Source: Acidimicrobiia bacterium (GTDB lineage Bacteria; Actinomycetota; Acidimicrobiia; Spongiisociales; ZC4RG35). From it: DNA of 64,000 nucleotides. The notes below the pieces were generated by a model. The model was not told the DNA's origin and did no database searches. It saw nothing but the letters and a program-made list of their open reading frames with translations. The stretch covers positions 240 through 64,239 of the forward strand of contig JBHHWH010000002.1 of NCBI GenBank assembly GCA_046756405.1. The letters are read 5' to 3'. Below, piece by piece: positions 47,307-56,226 of the stretch; position 1 is the stretch's first letter; the number at the start of each line of letters is the position of its first letter. The translations under genes were made by a program, and so were the position numbers.

Positions 47307-48596
47307 CTAACCCTCAGGGACATAGGGCTTGAGGGGGTCGGAATGGATCAGCAGCTCGGGCCACCAATCACCAGCGTCGTTGACCCCTTCGGGGGCCCCG
47401 GTAGCCCTCATGATGACGAACGTTGGCTGAGCCTTGGCCAACTCTCCCCATTCGGTCCACGCCATCTCAAAGGCGTACCCCGGCAGGTTGTAGCTCTGGC
47501 CGTGCAGGTACTCGGCGATGGCCACCGGGTCGGGGCCGACGTTGGCGATGGCGTCGGCCACCATGGTCACGATCCCATAGCCGGCGACAGCGTCATCCTC
47601 CATGAAGACGTTGTCCGAAAACGCCAGGTAGCGCCGGGCCAGATCCTGGTAGCTCTCACTGTCGTAGTCAGCGCAGCCGAAGTCGGCGAAGCGGTCCACC
47701 GCAGCTTCGGCAGCTCCCCCACCCATGATCAGTGAAAGTGGGAACCAAGCCCCGGCTACGGGCACGTCGAATCCGAGGTCGGCGGATTGGACGGTGATTG
47801 CGCCCGCCCCTGGCGGGTGGCCGGTCACGGCAATCATCTCCGGGCCGAACTCGTTGAGGCTCCTCAGGTAGGTGGTGAAGTCGGTTTCGCCGATGGGTGC
47901 GACCTCGATCTGTACCTCGATGTCGCTTCCTTCAAAGGAGCTGAGCAGGGCGGCCTCGATGGCTCGACCCCAGCCGTAGTCGGCAATGATCGCACCGATC
48001 TTCGTGGCTCCGTTTTGGTCTGCCCACTGTCGGATCGGCCCCATAGTCATCGGCGCCGCGGGAAGGCAGGTGCGGAAGGTGTAGCGGCTGTCCCGGGTAA
48101 GGATCGCTCCCGAGCCCGCTTTCACCAGGAAGAGTGGCACCTGGAGTTCTTCAGCGGCGATGGAGGTGTTGAGTCCGACATCGCTGGATATCGGACCACC
48201 GGCTGCGACGACGCCGTCCTCGACCATCCTCTCCAGGGCTTTGACAGCCTCCTCGGCGTTGGACTGGGTGTCGGCCTCAACGAGGACCAGCTTGTGACCG
48301 TTGGCACCACCAGCGGCGTTGATTTCCTCGACTGCCATGCGCATCCCGTCGGCCACTGAGACGCCCCAAGGGGCGAAGGTGGCAGTGAGAGAAGTCAGGA
48401 GGCCGATCTTGATGTCCTCCTTCGGGGCCTCGGTCGTCGCGGCCGCCGGCTCCTCGGCAGCCTTCGTCGTCGGGGTCGCCGGAGCGGGGCCCTCCGTCGT
48501 GGCGGCTGGCTCCTCCGTGGTGGTGGCACAGGCCGCGACGACGAGGGCCATCGCCGTCAGTAGCACGGACCCCTTGATCCAGTTTCGTATCCTCAC
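47307..48596 (-). CDS. Liv/HAAT-type ABC transporter periplasmic substrate-binding lipoprotein
   Basis: 429 aa. Lipobox LVVAAC. Ala/Thr/Pro-rich linker, then a type-I periplasmic binding fold. Strong SD (AAAGGAGGAA). Confidence 0.8.
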   Translation of the reverse strand: MRIRNWIKGSVLLTAMALVVAACATTTEEPAATTEGPAPATPTTKAAEEPAAATTEAPKEDIKIGLLTSLTATFAPWGVSVADGMRMAVEEINAAGGANGHKLVLVEADTQSNAEEAVKALERMVEDGVVAAGGPISSDVGLNTSIAAEELQVPLFLVKAGSGAILTRDSRYTFRTCLPAAPMTMGPIRQWADQNGATKIGAIIADYGWGRAIEAALLSSFEGSDIEVQIEVAPIGETDFTTYLRSLNEFGPEMIAVTGHPPGAGAITVQSADLGFDVPVAGAWFPLSLIMGGGAAEAAVDRFADFGCADYDSESYQDLARRYLAFSDNVFMEDDAVAGYGIVTMVADAIANVGPDPVAIAEYLHGQSYNLPGYAFEMAWTEWGELAKAQPTFVIMRATGAPEGVNDAGDWWPELLIHSDPLKPYVPEG

Positions 48597-48747
48597 TTCG
48601 TTCCTCCTTTATAGGCCAGTGGGGATCGGATCCCGGCCCGGGAGAGCTCGCTCTCGGCCCGGGGATCGTCACCCCTGGCATGCACGGAGCCTATCAAGAC
48701 CAGCTCCGGAGCGAGGCTCAGTTGTCGGCCCTTTTCGTGTGATGCGT

Positions 48748-48760
48748 TTGGCTTAGCCAA
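48748..48760. promoter_or_regulatory. 13-bp palindrome TTGGCT-T-AGCCAA in the promoter region upstream of the Liv-type operon
   Basis: Read directly from the sequence. Lies about 150 nt upstream of the SBP start, in a 340-nt non-coding gap. Confidence 0.25.
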
Positions 48761-48935
48761 CCGCGCCTTGTGGGCAGTCGGAGGGGTTCTCTCTCCGAAG
48801 GGCCTGGGGGTGTGCGATCTTTTCCTCTAGCTGACAGCGCCTGGCCCTGGGCACGATGTGAATAGTCTCACAAGCGCGGTCCCGAGGCTGTACAAGCCGG
48901 CTTCGCGACGACCACCTGTAGTCGGGTCTGCTGAT

Positions 48936-49421
48936 TTAAGGGGTAACGCTTACCTCTGCCTCTATCTCGACCGGAATCCCGAAGGGAAGCGATGCCATGC
49001 CCACCGCGGAGCGGGCGTGCCGTCCCACTTCGGGGCCGAACATCTCGAGGATGAGGTCGGAGAAGCCGTTGATCACCGTCGGCTGGCGGTCGAACCCCGC
49101 CGTCGAGTTGACCATCCCGAAAACCCGAAGCCAGCCGGTGATGCGGTCGAGGGTGCCTAGGGCCCGTTGGAGGGAACCCAGCATCGACAGTGCGGTGAGC
49201 CGGGCGGCTTCGACGGCCTCGGCGATGGTGACCTCTGATTCCACTTGACCGAAGGGTGGAGCAAGCCTCCCGTCGGGAGCCTGAGGTCCGTGCCCGGAGA
49301 CAAAGGCGCGCTCACCCCTGACGTTGACGAAGGCGAAGGGGAGGACCACCCCCGCAGGAACCTTGACCTCTGGAGGGAGGATCAGCCCCAGTTCAGTCAG
49401 GCGGTCGTCTATCCGGCCCAT
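48936..49421 (-). CDS. RidA/YjgF/TdcF-family reactive-intermediate deaminase-like protein
   Basis: 161 aa. Family pattern ...AFVSGHGPQ...ARSAVGMASLPFGIPVEIEAEV. Confidence 0.8.
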   Translation of the reverse strand: MGRIDDRLTELGLILPPEVKVPAGVVLPFAFVNVRGERAFVSGHGPQAPDGRLAPPFGQVESEVTIAEAVEAARLTALSMLGSLQRALGTLDRITGWLRVFGMVNSTAGFDRQPTVINGFSDLILEMFGPEVGRHARSAVGMASLPFGIPVEIEAEVSVTP

Positions 49422-49426
49422 GCAGT

Positions 49427-50128
49427 TCAGGGCCGGCCAAACTTGCGGGCGAACTTGGCGGCGGCGTTCTCCAGGATTGGCTTTCCGTGACCGAACACGG
49501 CCGCTTCAAAGTCGAGGCCACCGAGCTTGCGCAGACTGCGGCTGCCCTCCTCCAGGTCGTTGTAGCCCAGCATGTAGTTGAGGCCCATGACGTTCCCAGC
49601 CGCGTCCCCGGTGAACAGCAGCCTCCGGTCCCTCCTCCACAGCAGAGAGACATGACCGGCAGTGTGGCCCGGAGTGTGAATCACTTCGAGGCCCCCGGCA
49701 ATGCTGAGGACGACTCCGTCGCCAAGCGAAGCCTGGGGCTCGAAAGCCGGGAACTCGTAGGGCTTGCTGCCGATGAGGAGCTTGAACAGGATCTTGTTCA
49801 TAAGGCCGGGCCCAGGTTTCATCGTCTGGTGGATGATTCCGGCGCGGGCCACGTCGGTGTCTCCAGGATGGATGGCTACCGGAATGGTGCCTCGCGAAAA
49901 GTGTTTGGCACTGCCCAGGTGATCGGGATGGGCATGGGTGATGATTATGTGGGTGAGCTGGGAGGGGTCCGCGCCGATGGAGTGCATGTCCTTTTCGATC
50001 GCGGGGGCGTGCTTGGGGTAGCCGGTGTCGATGAGAGCAAGGCCGCGGTCTCCGTCATCTACAAGGAAGGCGTTTACCCCCTGGTAGGAGAGCTGGTAGA
50101 GACCTTCGACCACTTGCCTGATTGTCAT
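49427..50128 (-). CDS. MBL-fold metallo-hydrolase
   Basis: 233 aa. HxHxDH motif ITHAHPDHLGS. Downstream His/Asp ligands (HTPGHTAGH). Confidence 0.8.
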   Translation of the reverse strand: MTIRQVVEGLYQLSYQGVNAFLVDDGDRGLALIDTGYPKHAPAIEKDMHSIGADPSQLTHIIITHAHPDHLGSAKHFSRGTIPVAIHPGDTDVARAGIIHQTMKPGPGLMNKILFKLLIGSKPYEFPAFEPQASLGDGVVLSIAGGLEVIHTPGHTAGHVSLLWRRDRRLLFTGDAAGNVMGLNYMLGYNDLEEGSRSLRKLGGLDFEAAVFGHGKPILENAAAKFARKFGRP

Positions 50129-50143
50129 GGTTGCTCCCTTCGT

Positions 50144-50974
50144 CTATGCGGAGTCTCGCAGGAACCGAGCGACGATGTCGTTCCATACTGTGGCCCTCTC
50201 GAAGTACGGGGAGTGGCCGGTGTTCTCCACGACGGCTAGTCGACTTCCCGGTATGAGACGGGTGGCGGACTCGATCAGCGAAGGCGGGAAGATGGGGTCT
50301 TTCTCACCGACGACGAACAGGGTTGGTGCTTCCACTTCGCCGGCCCGGCTGGTGTGGTCGGTGGACATCAGCAGCGGCATGATCGTCTCGGGAGCCGGGG
50401 GATCGGTGAGGCTGCCGAGCTGGGTGTAGAGGAAGGCCTGGGCCAGGTCCTCGGTGAGCAACTGGGTGCCCACGGCTGGATGGAAACCCAGGGGCCACTC
50501 GTCGGGCGGCGGCGCGGCGGCTACCACCTGGGCGTATTCGCTGAGCACCTGGTGGATCTCGGGGGTGAAGAGCCCGGCGGTGGTGTCGGCGAGGACCAGG
50601 GACAGGGCGCGGTCGGGGTGGTCGATGGCGAAGCCGAGGGCGGACCAGCCTCCCATGGACTGGCCCACGATGTGAGCCCGGGAGATCTCAAGATGGTCGA
50701 GGACCGCGGCTAGGTCACGGGCCGCGGGTACCGGCCCTAGTTCGCCAGTGATGGCCGAGGAGCGTCCGAACCCACGCTGGTCCCAGGTCACAACGCGGTA
50801 TTCGCAGGCGAGGGAGGCCACCTGCTGGTACCACACGGCGTGACTCCCACCCATGCCATGGCCGAAGACCACCGTCTGCTCACCCTTCCCCCAACATTCG
50901 AAGTAGACCTGCTCGCCTTCGGAGGCAACGAAGCCACGGATAGACACGCGCGGAGAGGGTAGATCAGGCTGCAC
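50144..50974 (-). CDS. Alpha/beta-fold hydrolase, 3-oxoadipate enol-lactonase-like
   Basis: 276 aa. HG motif VVFGHGMGGS. Nucleophile elbow VGQSMGG. Overall PcaD-like layout; substrate not assignable. Confidence 0.7.
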   Translation of the reverse strand: MQPDLPSPRVSIRGFVASEGEQVYFECWGKGEQTVVFGHGMGGSHAVWYQQVASLACEYRVVTWDQRGFGRSSAITGELGPVPAARDLAAVLDHLEISRAHIVGQSMGGWSALGFAIDHPDRALSLVLADTTAGLFTPEIHQVLSEYAQVVAAAPPPDEWPLGFHPAVGTQLLTEDLAQAFLYTQLGSLTDPPAPETIMPLLMSTDHTSRAGEVEAPTLFVVGEKDPIFPPSLIESATRLIPGSRLAVVENTGHSPYFERATVWNDIVARFLRDSA

Positions 50975-51173
50975 CTCGGGGCTGTGGGGCGCTGCAGCAG
51001 ACCTAGGTCCTGGCTGTCCGCGCGGAGGAAGGTGATGAACGGCCCTACCCCCCTCGATGAAGGTCCGGCGACCCCGAACTCTGGCGCAGCTTCGGGATGG
51101 AATGGAAGGAGCACATCAGTTGGGCCCCTTTCTCAACAGGGTCGCCCCAATCATCGGAGGAGTGAGAGGGTCA

Positions 51174-51410
51174 ATGACAGAGAAACGTCCTCCACACGAA
51201 GAGCCCCGGTCGGCGTTACCACCGGAACTGGCTGAGCTAGGTCTTGAAGACAAGCCCGATGGGCCCGGCGCGGCGGCCATGGTCGCCGCAGGGCTCAGCA
51301 TTCTCATCATGGGCCTGTTCACCCTGCTCAGTGAGATTTCGGAGGGGGTCCACGAGTTCCTCGCGGCCTTCGACTTCGGTGTGGGTGTAGGGCCACTGGG
51401 GCCGGCATAG
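51174..51410 (+). CDS. Hypothetical small membrane protein (78 aa, single TM)
   Basis: ATG preceded by a GGAGGAGTGAGAGGG SD. Hydrophobic segment MVAAGLSILIMGLFTLL. No homology recognised. The tracked ORF 51057.. is longer. Confidence 0.3.
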   Translation: MTEKRPPHEEPRSALPPELAELGLEDKPDGPGAAAMVAAGLSILIMGLFTLLSEISEGVHEFLAAFDFGVGVGPLGPA

Positions 51411-51496
51411 GCGTATTGGCGTTCATGATCGCCTGGCTCTTCCTCAATCGCCTCCTCGCCCCTATGGCTGGCGGTCCCGGCGTCTCCGTGGACCGC

Positions 51497-51895
51497 TTAG
51501 TCGCGAAGCTGGTCGGCCGCCTCCACTTCAGCGGCCAGGCGGTCCAGGTCGGCGATGCCCGGATCGTGGGTCCATACCTCCAGGCCCGCCTGCAGATCGG
51601 CGTAGCGTTTCGCCTGTTCGGGGGTTGCCCGCACCGTGATCGGTACGTCTTCGGGAAGGGACTCTTTGTACTTCTTGAGGATCGCCCGGTGCTGGGGCCG
51701 GTCCAAGTCGAGGAGGAACACCACTCCGTGGGCGCCATCTGCCTTCGGACAGCCTTTCCCGGCGAGGATGGGGCACAGGCTCTTTGGGGGCGGACCATGG
51801 CAGACGATCACGGAATGGCCGAGGCTCTCCAAGAAGTCGACATCGACACTTTCGTCGGCCGGAATGTCCACTAAAACCGCACCTGGCTCGGACAT
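51497..51895 (-). CDS. Hypothetical protein (132 aa, Cys/Pro-containing motif CHGPPPKSLCPILAGKGCPKADGAHG)
   Basis: Clean ATG start. Codon usage consistent with the genome. No family recognised by eye. Confidence 0.4.
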   Translation of the reverse strand: MSEPGAVLVDIPADESVDVDFLESLGHSVIVCHGPPPKSLCPILAGKGCPKADGAHGVVFLLDLDRPQHRAILKKYKESLPEDVPITVRATPEQAKRYADLQAGLEVWTHDPGIADLDRLAAEVEAADQLRD

Positions 51896-52145
51896 CCGTG
51901 CCTCCCTTCTCTACTCTTTCAACTTGCCTGACCCGATGGGGCACCGGCAAGGGTCCGAGGGCCCGGGACCGTTAGCCAGGGGTGCAGGAAAACGGATCAG
52001 CCGGGCTGGCTTGGGTGTCCTTGTGGACAAGGGTTCAAGACGGGGCGGGGACTACCAGGCGAGCTCGTCGCAGCTGGCTGTGCCCTGCAACTCGATCTGC
52101 AGGGTGGCATGGGCTATCCCGTGGGAAGCCAGGAGTTCGCGGGCC

Positions 52146-52220
52146 CACACGGAACGTTTTCCACAGACTTTCTGTGCGGGTTTACGGACCGTTTTGGCCT
52201 GAAGACCCGCACGGAACGGT
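52146..52220. repeat. Copy of the palindromic interspersed repeat (1.2 units), immediately 3' of the histidine-kinase stop codon
   Basis: cacacggaacgttttccacagac-TTTCTGTGCGGGTTTACGGACCGTTTTGGCCTGAAGACCCGCACGGAAcgg. Near-identical to 55299-55374 and to both copies at 11959-12071. Confidence 0.8.
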
Positions 52221-52228
52221 TTGTCGGC

Positions 52229-53791
52229 CTAGCCGTTGTGGTGCGCCGTGATCAGATAGAGGGAGAACTCAACTCCGTCGGGTACCTTTCGATAGAGCAC
52301 ATCCCCGCCCATCTGCCGCGCGAAGAGACGAGCGTTGGCGAGTCCGACCCCCATGTAGGGGGCCTGGCCGGGATCCGTGGGGATGGCGGCATACTTCTCG
52401 AATAGGAGTCTCTCTTCGGCGTCGGGACCTGGCCCGTTGTCCTTGACTACGAGCTCGGCCCAGTTCTCTCCCGACCGCGTCTCCACGGTGATGGCCGGCC
52501 CGCCATGTTCGATGGCGTTGCTGAGTAGCTCATACACGATCTGTCCTACCATGGTCGGGTTCGCATGGGCCCAGGTCTCTCTGACCGCCAGAGTGATCCG
52601 GGCTCTGCTGGCCGGATCTACCTCATTGACGACCTCGGCGGCGATCGCAGCCAGATCGAGCAGTGACAGCCCTGTGGTGGCCCCCCAGGAATATCCCCGA
52701 GAGGCGATCAAGATCTCTTGGAACACTCTGTTGAGTCGCTTGGCCTCGCTCCTGAGAAGTCCGATCTGCTCCCTCCGATCGACCTCGTCCAACTTCTCCC
52801 ACTCTTCCTCCAGCAGCTCAGAGAAGCCGATCACACCGGTTAGGGGGGTGCGGATTCGATGGGCCACCGACTCGAGGAAGGCGTCCCTGGAATGGATGTG
52901 CCGGCGGAGACGCTCTTCTAGCTCGATTGTCTTAGTTCTGTCTATGAGAGCAATCAGCACCCGGGAGTAGTCGTCGAAGCCTTCGAGGCGCCCAGCGATC
53001 CAGAACAGGTAGAGGTGAATCGGATCGCCTCTGAGCGTTCGCCCGATGAAACTGGCCTCGAAGTCGGTCTGGCCCTCTGTCACGGCGACGATCTGGTCGC
53101 GAAGGATCTTCCGGGAGCTGGTAGTTAATTGATCAACAGCCAGACTTCCCATGAGATCTTCGGGAGACTGGGCGTCGAGGAGATCGGCAGCGGCAGCATT
53201 GGCGGCTACCACCTTGATCAAGCTGGCGGCGAAGTGAACTTCGGAAGGATTCGCATCCAAGTAGGCACCGACATCGGTGATACCGGCTGCTTCGAGTTCC
53301 TCGACCCACTCCAGCACCTCCGAGAAGTCCTCTACCAGGAGAGCATGGGGTGTCCGGTCGAACATGGATGTGCTCAGTTTCAGAGCATGTTGCAAGGCCT
53401 GCGCGGCTTTCCACGACGCTGTTATGTCGATTAGAGCCCCTTCGGCGCCCACGATCTCCCCGTCGGACCCGACCACAGCACGGCCTACGTCCTGGACCCA
53501 GATATGACGCCCCGAGTAGTGCTTGAGCCCGACGACCCGGTCTGACACCACACCCGTCTCGAAGAGTTCAGCAAGCCAGGCCTTCCGCTCTGCAGGATCT
53601 TGGTAGAGGCTCTCCAAGGGGACCTCTCTCAGGGTCCGCAAGTCAGGAAACCCCAGCAGATCCACCAAGGCGGTGTTTGCGAACTCGATGACGCCACTTA
53701 TGGAAGTCCGGTAGAGGGGTACTGGGAAGTTCGGAGCCTCGAGCGTCAGTGACCTATTGACGCCTAGTCCGGGATCCTGGTGCTCATCCAT
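52229..53791 (-). CDS. PAS-domain sensor histidine kinase (cytoplasmic; no TM segments evident)
   Basis: 520 aa. Two PAS-like regions. HisKA H-box ESVAHRIRTPLTGVIGFSELL. HATPase_c N and G boxes (LLSNAIEHG, VKDNGPGP). Start overlaps the EAL gene stop by 8 nt. Confidence 0.8.
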   Translation of the reverse strand: MDEHQDPGLGVNRSLTLEAPNFPVPLYRTSISGVIEFANTALVDLLGFPDLRTLREVPLESLYQDPAERKAWLAELFETGVVSDRVVGLKHYSGRHIWVQDVGRAVVGSDGEIVGAEGALIDITASWKAAQALQHALKLSTSMFDRTPHALLVEDFSEVLEWVEELEAAGITDVGAYLDANPSEVHFAASLIKVVAANAAAADLLDAQSPEDLMGSLAVDQLTTSSRKILRDQIVAVTEGQTDFEASFIGRTLRGDPIHLYLFWIAGRLEGFDDYSRVLIALIDRTKTIELEERLRRHIHSRDAFLESVAHRIRTPLTGVIGFSELLEEEWEKLDEVDRREQIGLLRSEAKRLNRVFQEILIASRGYSWGATTGLSLLDLAAIAAEVVNEVDPASRARITLAVRETWAHANPTMVGQIVYELLSNAIEHGGPAITVETRSGENWAELVVKDNGPGPDAEERLLFEKYAAIPTDPGQAPYMGVGLANARLFARQMGGDVLYRKVPDGVEFSLYLITAHHNG

Positions 53792-55091
53792 GGCCGTCTC
53801 GGGTCACGAAGTCGGTTATGGCGTCGTCCGGCATGGGGCGGCCCAACAGGAATCCCTGGGCTCCGTCGAATCCGGCGGCCCTGACCAGTGCAAGCTGGTG
53901 GGATGTCTCGACACCCTCGGCATAGCAAGTAGGCACAAGATCGTGTAGGGCGGCGACGAGCTGGCCAAGGTAGGTGTCGACCTGTAGGCCTCGTTGCGGC
54001 CTGCCCCTGATGACGGACCCATCGAGCTTGATGGAGTCGAGGGGCAATCGCTGGGCCGCGGCCAGATTTGAATACCCGGTTCCGAAGTCGTCCAGAGAGA
54101 GGCCGAACCCCCGCTCCTTCAGTGTGGTAAGAGCGTCGTTCGCCGTCGGGTCGAAACCGACTCGCTCGGTCACCTCGATCACAATCGAACCATCGGGTAG
54201 TCCGTGACCTGAGGGCGCGTGGCTCAGGAGAGAGTCGAGGGCAGCCTCGTGCAGCTGCTTGGGGGAGACGTTGACGTGGATGTTGGGGGGTGCTGGCAGA
54301 TCGTCGTGCCAAGCTTTGGCCAGAGCGATGGTCCGGTCGAGGACCAGGTTTCCGAGGGCTCCGATAACCCCTCGTTCCTCTGCAATGGCCACAATCCGCC
54401 CAACATCAATCAGTCGGGAAGTGAGCGATGGCCAGCGCACCAGCGCCTCGGCGGCGAGGACCCGAGGATCGGATAGCGAAACGATCGGCTGATACCACAC
54501 CTCCATTTCGGACTCGTCGAGCAGAGACGAGTTGAGGGCCCTCAACGCATGCTGCCGCCTCTTCTCCTCGAGCTGTGTTCGCTCGTCGAGCATGTGGATT
54601 CGATCGGCTGTCAAGCGTGCCCGCTGCATAGCGTCCCGCACGGCGGGAAGCAGTCCTCCGGGTCGGGAACGAAGCGAGGTCGACAGACTCGCGCCGACGG
54701 ACACTTCTGGGAAGAAGGGGGCTTCAGGAGGACCTAGAGGGCGTTCTAGGGCGTCGCGAATCCGTCTGGCAGCTTCGCGGACTTCCTCCCAACCAGTGAC
54801 ATCACGCAGAGACACAGCCCAGGTGTGTGCATCGAGCCTCTCTCGGGTGTCAGTGGGGTAGATGAGCCGGGACAGCCTCCGGTCTAGTTCCTCGGCCCGC
54901 TCCGGGGCAGTACCAGCCCCATCCAGGTTGTGTACGCCGGCCACCACCAGACCTACGTGTAGTCCCGAGGCGCTGTGCGCCCAAGCGTCCACGTCCTCGG
55001 CGAGCAGTGTGTCGAACTTGGCTGTCTGACGGGCCCTGCCGGAGTCCGATCTGACGAAGTGTGGTCCCGGACGTGACTTGTGTTCGTCCAA
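53784..55091 (-). CDS. Degenerate-GGDEF plus EAL-domain c-di-GMP phosphodiesterase
   Basis: 435 aa. N-terminal GGDEF-like fold without the GG(D/E)EF motif. Intact EAL signatures: EALVRW, N (NVSP), E (EVTE), DDFGTGYS, K, E, Q (AQGFLLGRP). TTG start with a GGGAGTGGAG SD. Confidence 0.8.
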   Translation of the reverse strand: MDEHKSRPGPHFVRSDSGRARQTAKFDTLLAEDVDAWAHSASGLHVGLVVAGVHNLDGAGTAPERAEELDRRLSRLIYPTDTRERLDAHTWAVSLRDVTGWEEVREAARRIRDALERPLGPPEAPFFPEVSVGASLSTSLRSRPGGLLPAVRDAMQRARLTADRIHMLDERTQLEEKRRQHALRALNSSLLDESEMEVWYQPIVSLSDPRVLAAEALVRWPSLTSRLIDVGRIVAIAEERGVIGALGNLVLDRTIALAKAWHDDLPAPPNIHVNVSPKQLHEAALDSLLSHAPSGHGLPDGSIVIEVTERVGFDPTANDALTTLKERGFGLSLDDFGTGYSNLAAAQRLPLDSIKLDGSVIRGRPQRGLQVDTYLGQLVAALHDLVPTCYAEGVETSHQLALVRAAGFDGAQGFLLGRPMPDDAITDFVTRDGHG

Positions 55092-55214
55092 CGATAATCT
55101 CCACTCCCATGAAGACGAGGATGTCGGTTGCAGGGCCGCCCTCTCTCGTTACGCGAGAGTCACAGGCTCAGTGCTTGGGGGCCCCTTTAGCAGCAGTAAG
55201 CATTGGAATAAATT

Positions 55215-55231
55215 CTAGTAAGCAGTACTAG
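55215..55231. promoter_or_regulatory. AT-rich promoter region with palindrome CTAGTA-agcag-TACTAG upstream of the EAL/HK operon
   Basis: Locally AT-rich stretch (55190-55235) in an otherwise GC-rich genome. 6-bp inverted arms with 5-nt spacer. Direct repeat agtaagca x2. Confidence 0.25.
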
Positions 55232-55298
55232 AGGGCACAAACGGCCAGCTCAAAGCGGCGTTGACTTGTGCTCGAATCAAGCCCTCTGCTTCAGCAGG

Positions 55299-55374
55299 CC
55301 CACACGGAACGTTTTCCACAGACTTTCTGTGCGGGTTTACGGACCGTTTTGGCCTGAAGACCCGCACGGAACGG
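55299..55374. repeat. Copy of the palindromic interspersed repeat (1.2 units), ending exactly at the hbd stop codon
   Basis: cccacacggaacgttttccacagac-TTTCTGTGCGGGTTTACGGACCGTTTTGGCCTGAAGACCCGCACGGAAcgg. Differs from the 52146-52220 copy by only a few terminal bases. Confidence 0.8.
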
Positions 55375-56226
55375 TTAGTGGTCGTAGAAGCCGCGGCCTG
55401 TCTTCTTGCCCAACAGTCCCGCTTCGACCATCCGGGAAAGGAGCGGGGGGGAGGCGTATAGGGGCTCCTTATACTCCTCGTAGAGAACGTCGGCGACGTA
55501 CTTGGTGGTGTCCAGCCCCACGAAGTCCGCCAGCTCCAACGGACCCATCGGGTAGTTGGCCCCCAGCCTCATCGCGGTGTCGATGTCCTCCTTGGAGGCA
55601 ACACCCGCCTCGTACATGCGGATCGCCGCCAGCATGTAGGGAATCAGCAGCATGTTGACGATGAACCCGGCACGATCCTTGGCCCGAACCACGGTCTTGC
55701 CGAGGCTCTCGGCGAAGGCCTGGGCCCTGTCGGCGACGCTGGGGTCGGTCTGGACGGTGGTGACCAGCTCCACGAGGGCCATCACCGGGACCGGGTTGAA
55801 GAAGTGCATCCCCACGACATGTCCCGGCCTCTGGGTGACCGCGGCGAGGCGAGTGAGGGGAATCGACGAAGTGTTGGAGGCGAGGATCGCATCCCGATCA
55901 CTGACCACCTCGTCGAGGTCGGAGAAGAGCTTCTTCTTCAGTTCCTCGTTCTCGGTGGCCGCCTCGATGACGATCTGACGGTCCGCCTGCTCGGCGAAGT
56001 TGGTGGTGATCGTTATCCGGGCCTTGATCTCATCCGCAGCGGCCCTGTCCAGCTTCCCCCTTTCCACTGCTCGGGATAAGGATTTGTCGATTCTCGCCAT
56101 GGCCGCTTCAGCCGCTTCAGGGCTGATCTCATGGACGATGACGTCTGCTCCCACCTTGGCGCACACCTCGGCGATGCCGGACCCCATCAGCCCGCCTCCG
56201 ACGACTCCAACTCGTTCGATACTCAA
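55375..56226 (-). CDS. 3-hydroxyacyl-CoA / 3-hydroxybutyryl-CoA dehydrogenase
   Basis: About 283 aa from TTG preceded by an AAGGAGGT SD (SIERVGVVGGGLMGSGIA...). NAD Rossmann motif and C-terminal 3HCDH domain (NTSSIPLT, GMHFFNPVPVM). The track ORF has an upstream extension. Confidence 0.85.
   Translation of the reverse strand: MSIERVGVVGGGLMGSGIAEVCAKVGADVIVHEISPEAAEAAMARIDKSLSRAVERGKLDRAAADEIKARITITTNFAEQADRQIVIEAATENEELKKKLFSDLDEVVSDRDAILASNTSSIPLTRLAAVTQRPGHVVGMHFFNPVPVMALVELVTTVQTDPSVADRAQAFAESLGKTVVRAKDRAGFIVNMLLIPYMLAAIRMYEAGVASKEDIDTAMRLGANYPMGPLELADFVGLDTTKYVADVLYEEYKEPLYASPPLLSRMVEAGLLGKKTGRGFYDH

Noticed and set aside
55215-55231. Locally AT-rich segment 55185-55235 considered as a horizontally acquired fragment or IS end
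   Set aside because: Too short (about 50 nt). No inverted terminal repeats matching elsewhere and no transposase. Most simply an AT-rich promoter/UP-like element for the EAL-HK operon.
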